From positions 58,178-90,177 of the forward strand of contig CALXQM010000015.1 in the NCBI GenBank assembly GCA_944390765.1: a stretch of DNA of 32,000 nucleotides, read 5' to 3'. This document shows, in pieces, positions 24,788 to 31,409 of this stretch. Positions within the stretch are counted from its first letter, which is position 1. The number at the start of each line of letters is the position of its first letter. The notes under the pieces are model-generated. The model was not told where the DNA came from. It did not search any database and saw only the letters and a program-made list of their open reading frames with translations. Both the position numbers and the translations under genes were made by a program. Origin of the DNA: an uncultured Alphaproteobacteria bacterium (lineage in GTDB: Bacteria > Pseudomonadota > Alphaproteobacteria > UBA3830).

Positions 24788-25612
24788 TTAATATAGAGAA
24801 AAGAGAAGTATTTTATTACTATTGTAAAATATATTTTTATCATTAGAAAAGCTATAATTTTGGTAGATCGAGCCAAAAATTTTGAATTTTTTAAGTTGTG
24901 CGAAGACGTGTTCAACGCCTACTCGTTTTGATGCAAGCGCGTGATTATGAGTCTTTTGTTCGGTGGTTAGAGGGCGTTTTCGTCGTCGTTTATGAGGCAA
25001 AATCGTTTTCGGATGCATTTTTTGTAGCCCTTGATAACCAGAATCCGCTAAAACCTGAACATCTTTCGGAATATGATCGAACATTTTTCGGATTTTAAAA
25101 TCATGAGTTCGACCGCTGTAACCCTTTGAAATGCTGATGATTTTTTCATCTGTATTGGTCATGATTTCAAACTTCATCATATGACGTTTTTTCTTCCCGG
25201 AGTAAAACTTTTTCTGCTTTTTCTTCGGTCTCTGAATTTGAATTTCTGTCGCTTCTATCAAAATGGTTTCAAGATCATTTTGAATTAACTCTCTGTTTTT
25301 ATTGATTTTTATCACATCAGCCAACATGGGCTCAAGACGCTGAATGTGGCGACAAATATTCGATTCATCGAGCTCAAATAGCATCTCCAAAAATTGAAAA
25401 CTCACATAAAACTGGTAGTAAATCTACATTAATAAAATTTCATCGGATAAGGTTTTTATTTTCGAACACCGTCCAGAAACCTTCTATTCCTTTTGAAATT
25501 TTTCCCATTTCGGGCTCACTTTGAGAACAATTTTGTTAAAATCTTCCAATTTGATACCTATTAACCTTGAAAAATTTTTCCCTTGATTACATAATCTATT
25601 GAAACTCAGCAT
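24788..25612 (-). pseudogene. IS5-family (HTH_Tnp_4 + DDE_Tnp_4-like) transposase, pseudogene / IS remnant
   Basis: A single 275-codon frame runs from the ATG (25612-25610) to the stop at 24788, interrupted by in-frame TAGs at 25486-25484 and 25426-25424. The N-terminal part reads MLSFNRLCNQGKNFSRLIGIKLEDF...LSDEILLM*IYYQFYVSFQFLEMLFELDESNICRHIQRLEP (HTH). The C-terminal part has ATEIQIQRP...KFYSGKKKRH, ADSGYQG, and the R(3)E(6)K signature SKRVGVEHVFAQLKKF. The expected first catalytic D reads E (LIEATE). Terminal inverted repeats were not identifiable. Confidence 0.8.
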
Positions 25613-25744
25613 GTTACATCTTTTTATTTTTGTTGAGTTTCGCACTTTTTTGCCTTTTTCGCCATACCATCTTTACTTTCGCAAGAGGTTTAATGATGAA
25701 TTCATAATATGTTTGTGTTATGCTTATTTTAGATTAGCATTTAG

Positions 25745-25774
25745 TTCGATACAAAAGACCTAAAAATTATCGAA
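25745..25774. repeat. Hairpin repeat copy 1 (7-bp stem around the conserved core TACAAAAGACCTAAAA)
   Basis: TTCGATA (25745-25751) pairs with TATCGAA (25768-25774). The 16-nt core at 25750-25765 is identical to 25893-25908. Confidence 0.6.
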
Positions 25775-25890
25775 ATTTTGAATGTTGAAATCCAATTCAT
25801 ATTTAAATATTAGTAAACAAAAGGTTTTATATAAATAATAACTATATTAAAATCTTTGCATTTGTGCTATTCTTTAAAAAAGTGGTTTTT

Positions 25891-25914
25891 AGTACAAAAG
25901 ACCTAAAATGTACT
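25891..25914. repeat. Hairpin repeat copy 2 (6-bp stem around the conserved core TACAAAAGACCTAAAA)
   Basis: AGTACA (25891-25896) pairs with TGTACT (25909-25914). The core at 25893-25908 is identical to copy 1, and both copies are preceded by TTAGT. Confidence 0.6.
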
Positions 25915-26076
25915 GGGAAACTATTTAAAATTGACAGATAACAGGAATATTTTTAAGAAAAGCGAGGAAGTAATGGTTGGCTTATCGATTAAAATTATAG
26001 ATAAAATAGAATTTAGAATAAAAGTGTGTTTGTAGTGGGAGCTTGTTTACATCAAGAATACGAAGATTCTATTATT

Positions 26077-26228
26077 AAATTTTCAATCATTGTACTGGTT
26101 TACAATATATGAAAGTTTTTACGTGAGTGTTTTGATAGTATCGCTTCACAAACACTAAATGAATAAATGACGGTTCAACTGATAATTCTTTAAAAATTGA
26201 AATAAATATACAGCTTGATGGCCATTAA
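26077..26228 (+). pseudogene. Family-2 glycosyltransferase N-terminal fragment (relic)
   Basis: Frame 1 reads KFSIIVLVYNI*KFLRECFDSIASQTLNE*, with TGA at 26110-26112 where GT2 proteins have E/K. A shifted frame from 26166 reads NDGSTDNSLKI. Together these match the canonical GT2 start (SIIVPVYN.EKYL.ECL.S...QT......I.V.DGStDnS) with a stop, a short deletion and a frameshift. No remainder of the gene follows. Confidence 0.6.
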
Positions 26229-26259
26229 TTTGAATAACACTAAAATGTGAGGAGTTTAT

Positions 26260-27477
26260 TTGAAAGTTTTTGTAAATAAAAAAATAAATAATACAACTAA
26301 TGTTATTTCTTTGCTTGGTTTGGAACTATACAAAATAGAAGATACTGATAATGTAAGAATTCAATATTTTTTAGGGAATTTTATTTGTATAAAAAAAATA
26401 AAATCTAAAATTAAAGAATTAAAAACATATAAAATTTTTAACTTCCCAATATTAATAAGAATTATTGTAAATAATATTTGCAGTTATTATTGTTTGGGTA
26501 AATTAATAAATCAAAGTCATTTAGCAGACTTATTCTTTAAAAATAATCTTCAAAATGTTAAATATAAATATGATGATGTATATATTTTATATTCAAACAG
26601 TGGAGAAATATATTTATTCTTTGCATATCTAGCAAATGCATTTATAAAAAAGAATCAGTCTAAAAATCCTTTATTTATTGCAACGAAAAAGTACCATATT
26701 GATATTTTGAAAATGTATTTCCCGAATGCTCATTATATTTTTATTAATAAATTGAGGTTAAAAACACAAAGTGATGTTTGGGATATGCCAAATCACAGAT
26801 ACTTTATATTATTTTCAGAAAACCATTTCAAAAAAGTGGAACAAGATATAAAAAACAACGATACTGGAGACATTCATTATCTTACAAGTATGTTAAAAAC
26901 TTTAAATTTAACAGTAAATGATTTTTCAAAACCTGAAGTTATACTATCGTTAAATTCGCAGAAGTTATTAAACTTTGCAGTTCATAAAATGCAACTAAAA
27001 TTAAATAACTTTATTATTATTTCCCCTGAGGCTATCACTTGTGAGGATTTATCTCTGACTTTTTGGCGAAAAATTGTGCAAGAACTCAAAAAAAGAAATT
27101 TTGATGTTTTATTAAATATTACGAATCATAAAAATTATATAACGGGATGCAAGCAATTTGAACTTAGTTTTACTGAAGCTTTTTTCCTGGCACAAAAAGC
27201 GAAAGCAGTCATTTCTTTAAGAAGTGGTTTTTCAGAGTTTTTATTACCAACTGAAATTCCAAATATATCTATTTATACTGAATTTAGAAAAAGAGCTCAA
27301 AATACATTCAATGTAGAGAAAGAAATAGCGGGTTTTTCAATGTTAAAAATACCTTTTGTCAATAAAAACAAAATTTGTGAGATAAATGCGGATTTATATA
27401 AAAGCGAAGATGAGTTGGTAAAACAAGTAATAAGCTCATTGGGATCAATGTTAGATAAAGAGGAGTATTTGTTGTGA
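26260..27477 (+). CDS. Hypothetical protein; possible GT-B-fold (GT9-like layout) glycosyl/phosphoglycosyl transferase
   Basis: TTG start 5 nt after GAGGAG. A 405-codon open frame in very AT-rich, stop-prone DNA argues for real coding. The two-lobe layout (DDVYILYSNSGEIYLFFAYL...KNPLFIATKKYHIDILKMYFPN / NNFIIISPEAITCEDLSLTFWRKIVQELKKRNFDVLLN...AKAVISLRSGFSEFLL) is reminiscent of heptosyltransferase-type GT-B enzymes. No diagnostic motif was recognised, so the function is low-confidence. Confidence 0.6.
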   Translation: MKVFVNKKINNTTNVISLLGLELYKIEDTDNVRIQYFLGNFICIKKIKSKIKELKTYKIFNFPILIRIIVNNICSYYCLGKLINQSHLADLFFKNNLQNVKYKYDDVYILYSNSGEIYLFFAYLANAFIKKNQSKNPLFIATKKYHIDILKMYFPNAHYIFINKLRLKTQSDVWDMPNHRYFILFSENHFKKVEQDIKNNDTGDIHYLTSMLKTLNLTVNDFSKPEVILSLNSQKLLNFAVHKMQLKLNNFIIISPEAITCEDLSLTFWRKIVQELKKRNFDVLLNITNHKNYITGCKQFELSFTEAFFLAQKAKAVISLRSGFSEFLLPTEIPNISIYTEFRKRAQNTFNVEKEIAGFSMLKIPFVNKNKICEINADLYKSEDELVKQVISSLGSMLDKEEYLL

Positions 27478-28982
27478 AAATTATAATACAAGCCGGAGGA
27501 AAAGGAACAAGGTTAGAGCACTTGACCTACAATAGACCGAAGTGTTTGGTACCTGTGCATAACAGACCTATGATATTCCACCTTTTTAATAAATACAAAG
27601 ATGCAGAATTTATTGTAATAGTGGATTACAAATATGATGTTTTGGAAAAATATCTTGAGACTTTTGCAAAAGATGTAAATTACAAAATTATAAGAGCCGT
27701 CGGGACAGGAAATATTTGCGGAATAAAGCAGGCGTTAGAATTTATCGGGGAAAATGAAAAATTCATGCTTATCTGGTCGGATTTAATTTTATCAGATGAT
27801 TTCAAACCTGAAGAATTGTCTGATGGCAATTACATAGGTATTTTAAGCGGCCAAACATGTTCCTGGAGTTTTGTTGACGGCAAGCTTGATAAAGTATCTT
27901 CCGATAAATATGGAGTAGCGGGATGTTTTGTTTTTGAAAATAAATCAGCTTTTGTAAATATTCCGGAATCCGGATCTTTTACAACCTGGTTAAAAAATAG
28001 CGGCATAAAACTATCCGCAATGCAGATGCCAAGATGCCCTGAGGTGGGAACTTTGGATGTTATTAATAATTTGAAAGATACTCAAAACCGTTGCAGACCT
28101 TATAATAAAATTGAGTTTACGGAAAATAAAGTTATAAAGTCAGGCTTAACTGATGAAGGTAAAAAGTTAATTGAGCGTGAAATTGTATGGTACAAAAAAA
28201 TGACGGAATACGGTTTTACCTCAATTCCTAAGATTTACTCGTATGAGCCGTTGACAATGGAAAAAATTGATGGAACAAATATCTTTCAGGCAAATTTAAC
28301 AGATGAACAAAAATCAACAATTACAGATAATTTAATTAATGCTGTTAATAAAATGCATTCTTATGAAACCAAGCCTGCTGATAGGGATGATTTAATCAAA
28401 GAATATTACACAAAAACAATAGAACGGCTGAATAGTATAAAACACGCAATTCCGTTTTCTGATAAAGAGATTATTGAAATCAACGGTAAAAAATGCAAAA
28501 ATCCGATTGTATTTCAAGATCAATTCAAAGAATCAGTTGAAGCAAAACTTCTGGATACAATATTCTGCCCAATACACGGCGATTGTACACTGACTAATAC
28601 AATGTTAGACAAGTCAAACAATATTTATTTTATTGACGCGAGAGGATATTTCGGCAAACAGGTTGTTCTTGGTGATATCCGTTATGACTGGGCTAAATTG
28701 TATTATTCAATGATCGGGAATTTTGACAGATTTAATGTCAAAGATTTCAGATTAAGAATTTCAGAAAAAGATGTCCGGTTTGAAATCCAATCAAACGGCT
28801 GGGAAAAATTGATAGATAAAGTTTTAAAGAATATGAAAAATTGCAAAGTTGAAGATATAAAATTTATTCACGCAATCATTTGGCTTTCATTAGCAAGTCA
28901 TTGTTGGGAAGATTATGATTCAATGTGCCTTGCGTTTTATAACGGTATGTATTTAGTTAGTGAATTTATTCAGGAAAAATAA
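27474..28982 (+). CDS. Bifunctional sugar(-like)-1-phosphate nucleotidyltransferase / APH-family (protein-kinase-like fold) kinase
   Basis: GTG start in a GTGA overlap with the upstream stop, RBS AAAGAGGAG. The N-terminal domain reads IIIQAGGKGTRLEHLTYNRPKCLVPV (NTP_transferase signature). The C-terminal domain has IHGDCTLTNTML (Brenner HxDxxxxN) followed by YFIDARGYFG...GDIRYDWAKLY. Confidence 0.85.
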   Translation: MKIIIQAGGKGTRLEHLTYNRPKCLVPVHNRPMIFHLFNKYKDAEFIVIVDYKYDVLEKYLETFAKDVNYKIIRAVGTGNICGIKQALEFIGENEKFMLIWSDLILSDDFKPEELSDGNYIGILSGQTCSWSFVDGKLDKVSSDKYGVAGCFVFENKSAFVNIPESGSFTTWLKNSGIKLSAMQMPRCPEVGTLDVINNLKDTQNRCRPYNKIEFTENKVIKSGLTDEGKKLIEREIVWYKKMTEYGFTSIPKIYSYEPLTMEKIDGTNIFQANLTDEQKSTITDNLINAVNKMHSYETKPADRDDLIKEYYTKTIERLNSIKHAIPFSDKEIIEINGKKCKNPIVFQDQFKESVEAKLLDTIFCPIHGDCTLTNTMLDKSNNIYFIDARGYFGKQVVLGDIRYDWAKLYYSMIGNFDRFNVKDFRLRISEKDVRFEIQSNGWEKLIDKVLKNMKNCKVEDIKFIHAIIWLSLASHCWEDYDSMCLAFYNGMYLVSEFIQEK

Positions 28983-28983
28983 A

Positions 28984-30099
28984 ATGGAAAAGCAACGTTT
29001 TTACAATATAGATATACTTCGCTTTATAGGAGCTGTTATAATAGTATTATTTCATTTTGTTACAGGTCTTAAGTTTTATTATAGTATGGAATTGACTGAA
29101 ATATCAAACCTAGCAAACAAAGTTTCATATGGTATGTTTTGGGTTGAATTTTTCTTTATACTAAGTGGATTTTTCTTGTTTTATTTAACTGATTTTAAAA
29201 TACAATTTTTGGATTTCTTTAAGAAAAAAATTTTACGTTTATTGCCGCTCGTTATATTCGGGATTCTGTTTTATAAGATTTTATCCTATTTTAACTTATT
29301 ATATTTTCAAAAATATATAAACATATATTCATTATTATTGTTGAACAATGTTGGTTTAACTGCTAAAAATACAATGGGGAATTTGCATCCGGCTTGGTTT
29401 GTTTCCTCACTATTTTGGGCAATGATGTTTTACTTTTATTTAAAACAATTAGTTAATGAAAAATGGTTTAATTTTATAACAGCTATATTAATATTTTTTT
29501 CGTATACATATTTGGTAAATACAACTTGGCACCCACCAGTAGTTAGTCAAAATTTTATAAATACAGGAATGCTACGAGCAATAGGTGGGTTGGGGTTAGG
29601 TTATTTTGTCTGCATATTTGTAAAAAAATGTAGCTATAAATGCACTTCATTTTTACAGAAAATAATTATTACAATTTGTGAGGGTTGTTTGCTTATATTT
29701 TGCGTACAAAATACGACTATACATAAAATTAATTTTAACAATCCAACAATTATGGTTTTGGCATTTGCAGTTTTAATTACATTATTTTTAGTAAAACAAG
29801 GTTTTATTTCTCAGATTTTAAATAATAAATTTAGCAATTTTGTTGGGCGTTATTCTTATTCTACTTTTATCATGCACATTATTGTATTTGATTTATTAAA
29901 AATGAATTTTTGGGATAAAAACATAACTTTTTTGACAGAACATCTAATTTTAAATCTCACAACCTCGATAATTTTAGCAGTTACACTTGGAATAATGACT
30001 TATCACTTAATCGAAAGACCTTGTGCTATTTATTTTAAGAAAAGGCTCGAAAGTGGCATAGTTGTAGAGAGTAATCCCTTCAAGAGAAAGTTTTTGTAA
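28984..30099 (+). CDS. Acyltransferase family 3 membrane protein (probable glycan O-acyl/acetyltransferase)
   Basis: N-terminus RFYNIDILRFIGAVIIVLFHF (acyltransferase_3 style R..DxLR......V...H) and about 10 hydrophobic segments. The ATG at 28984 is 1 nt after the upstream stop, with AGGAAAAA before it. The track start at 28960 would overlap the upstream gene by 23 nt. Confidence 0.85.
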   Translation: MEKQRFYNIDILRFIGAVIIVLFHFVTGLKFYYSMELTEISNLANKVSYGMFWVEFFFILSGFFLFYLTDFKIQFLDFFKKKILRLLPLVIFGILFYKILSYFNLLYFQKYINIYSLLLLNNVGLTAKNTMGNLHPAWFVSSLFWAMMFYFYLKQLVNEKWFNFITAILIFFSYTYLVNTTWHPPVVSQNFINTGMLRAIGGLGLGYFVCIFVKKCSYKCTSFLQKIIITICEGCLLIFCVQNTTIHKINFNNPTIMVLAFAVLITLFLVKQGFISQILNNKFSNFVGRYSYSTFIMHIIVFDLLKMNFWDKNITFLTEHLILNLTTSIILAVTLGIMTYHLIERPCAIYFKKRLESGIVVESNPFKRKFL

Positions 30100-30113
30100 A
30101 TTAAGAGGTATAT

Positions 30114-30500
30114 ATGCTTAAAGAGAAGAAACAATTAAAAATATCAACATTAAACCATACATGGGTTTTGGATTTTGATGGAACCCTTGTTGAGCATAAC
30201 GGTTATAAAACAGGAACAGACAAATTTCTGCCGGGTGCAAAAGAATTTTTACAGTCAATTCCAAAAGATGATTTTGTTTTGATTATGACGGCAAGAGAAA
30301 AAGAAGCAAGAGAAAAAACTATTAGATTTCTTGCGGAAAATAATATAAGATATAATGAGATTCTTTTTGGAATGCCAATGGGCGAAAGAATTCTGATTAA
30401 TGATAATAAGCCATCAGGTTTGAGATGTGCTTATGCAATAGCTTTGAACAGAAATCAAGGGTTGGAAAACTTGGATATAGTAATTGATGAAAAATTGTAA
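30114..30500 (+). CDS. Small HAD-superfamily phosphatase-like protein
   Basis: 128 aa. HAD motif I VLDFDGTLV, motif II-like IMTAR, and LINDNKP near the C-terminus. AAGAGG RBS. Confidence 0.7.
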   Translation: MLKEKKQLKISTLNHTWVLDFDGTLVEHNGYKTGTDKFLPGAKEFLQSIPKDDFVLIMTAREKEAREKTIRFLAENNIRYNEILFGMPMGERILINDNKPSGLRCAYAIALNRNQGLENLDIVIDEKL

Positions 30501-30509
30501 GGAGCAATA

Positions 30510-31409
30510 ATGTTAATAATCAAAGCCATGGTGCATGAAACAATATGGGGTGGTGAAAAATTAACACCGTATTCAGGCACAGATAATAAGAAAATCGGGC
30601 ATTTGTATTCATTAATCTCTAATGGTAAATTAGAAAGTGAGATTTTGAATGGCAAATATAAAGGTCAGCTTTTTAAAAAATATTTTGACGAAAATAAAGA
30701 CAGGTTTGGGCTATCTAAATATAAAGAATTCCCGTTTTTGCTTGCACTTGTTGATGCAACGGATGATTTAAGTTTGCAGGTTCACCCGAACGATAGAATG
30801 GCAAAAGTACTTGAAAATGCTGATTTTGGCAAAAATGAATCGTGGTATTTTCTTGAGGTTCCAAAATCAGGAAAGATTTATGATGGATGTAAAGCAAAAA
30901 CATCCGAAGAATTAAGAGAAAAAGTTAAGCAAAATAAATATGATGATGTGATTGACTATTTAGAAGTTAAATCAGGTGATTATGTTTATATTGAATCCGG
31001 AACAATGCATGCACTGACCGCAGGCAGTCTTGTTTATGAAATAGAAGAAAACTGCAACGCAACATATAGAGTTTATGATTTTGACAGGATTGATAAAGAC
31101 GGCAAAAAACGACCTTTGCAAACAGAAAATGCGCTTGATTCAATTGATGTAAATTTAAAATCAAAAGCTGTTCCGTTTGAGGGAGAAAAAATCGAAAGAT
31201 TATATTCTACTCAATTATTCAAATGTATTGAAGAATATACAAATAATTCCAACACATTAGAATGTTTAACTGTTATCAATGGTGTTTCTGAAGTTGAAGA
31301 GCAAAAAATTCAGCGAGGTGTGACCATTGTTTTAGAACCAAATGAGACAGTTAAATTGAACAAATCGGATTTTGTAATTGCAAAACCATTAATCAAGGAG
31401 GTCTTTTAA
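30510..31409 (+). CDS. Type I phosphomannose-isomerase-family cupin (ManA/Pmi-like sugar-6-phosphate aldose-ketose isomerase)
   Basis: 299 aa, colinear with Bacillus-type ManA: ETIWGGEKL, LSLQVHPND, GKNESWYFL, GTMHALTAG, YEIEENCNATYRVYDFDR.DKDGKKRPL. The Q/H/E/H metal-ligand positions are all present. AAGGAG RBS. Confidence 0.85.
   Translation: MLIIKAMVHETIWGGEKLTPYSGTDNKKIGHLYSLISNGKLESEILNGKYKGQLFKKYFDENKDRFGLSKYKEFPFLLALVDATDDLSLQVHPNDRMAKVLENADFGKNESWYFLEVPKSGKIYDGCKAKTSEELREKVKQNKYDDVIDYLEVKSGDYVYIESGTMHALTAGSLVYEIEENCNATYRVYDFDRIDKDGKKRPLQTENALDSIDVNLKSKAVPFEGEKIERLYSTQLFKCIEEYTNNSNTLECLTVINGVSEVEEQKIQRGVTIVLEPNETVKLNKSDFVIAKPLIKEVF

Noticed and set aside
24898-25098. 66-aa + strand ORF inside the transposase region, and small - strand ORFs in the cluster (27297-27491, 30455-30655, 30715-30903, 30967-31164)
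   Set aside because: They are antisense to frames with clear homology (transposase, nucleotidyltransferase, PMI-like) and have no motifs or RBS.
25424-25486. Possibility that the two in-frame TAGs in the transposase reflect stop-codon reassignment or programmed readthrough
   Set aside because: TAG is used as the genuine terminator of rplB, rpsS, rpsC, rplX, rpsH, rplF, rplO and rpoA in this same window, so it is a normal stop here. Decay (pseudogene) is the simpler reading.
24696-25745. Terminal inverted repeats or target-site duplication of the IS
   Set aside because: Only weak resemblances were found by eye (e.g. TTAATGAATC at about 24745 vs TTAATGATGAATTC at about 25700, and these are in direct orientation). 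That is not enough to call element boundaries.
25931-25959. TTGACA-17-TAAGAA as a promoter for the glycan operon
   Set aside because: The -35 is perfect, but the -10 candidate lacks the conserved final T. It lies about 300 nt and a pseudogene fragment upstream of the first ORF, so it cannot be supported from sequence alone.
25973-26035. 20-codon ORF (MVGLSIKIIDKIEFRIKVCL) with a GAGGAAG RBS
   Set aside because: It is too short and compositionally unremarkable, and it sits in decayed DNA. It is probably a fragment or a chance ORF, and there is no evidence for a leader peptide.
26391-26398. Homopolymeric A tracts (A8 at 26391-26398; A7 at 28194-28200 and elsewhere) as phase-variation switches in glycan genes
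   Set aside because: A7-A8 runs are expected by chance at this AT content and are shorter than tracts usually shown to slip. No poly-G/C or multi-unit SSR was seen.
28960-28983. Upstream ATG (28960) as the start of the acyltransferase-3 gene
   Set aside because: It would overlap the preceding gene by 23 nt and add MNLFRKNK. The ATG at 28984 directly follows the upstream stop and an AGGA-type RBS, and it gives the family-typical N-terminus. This remains uncertain.
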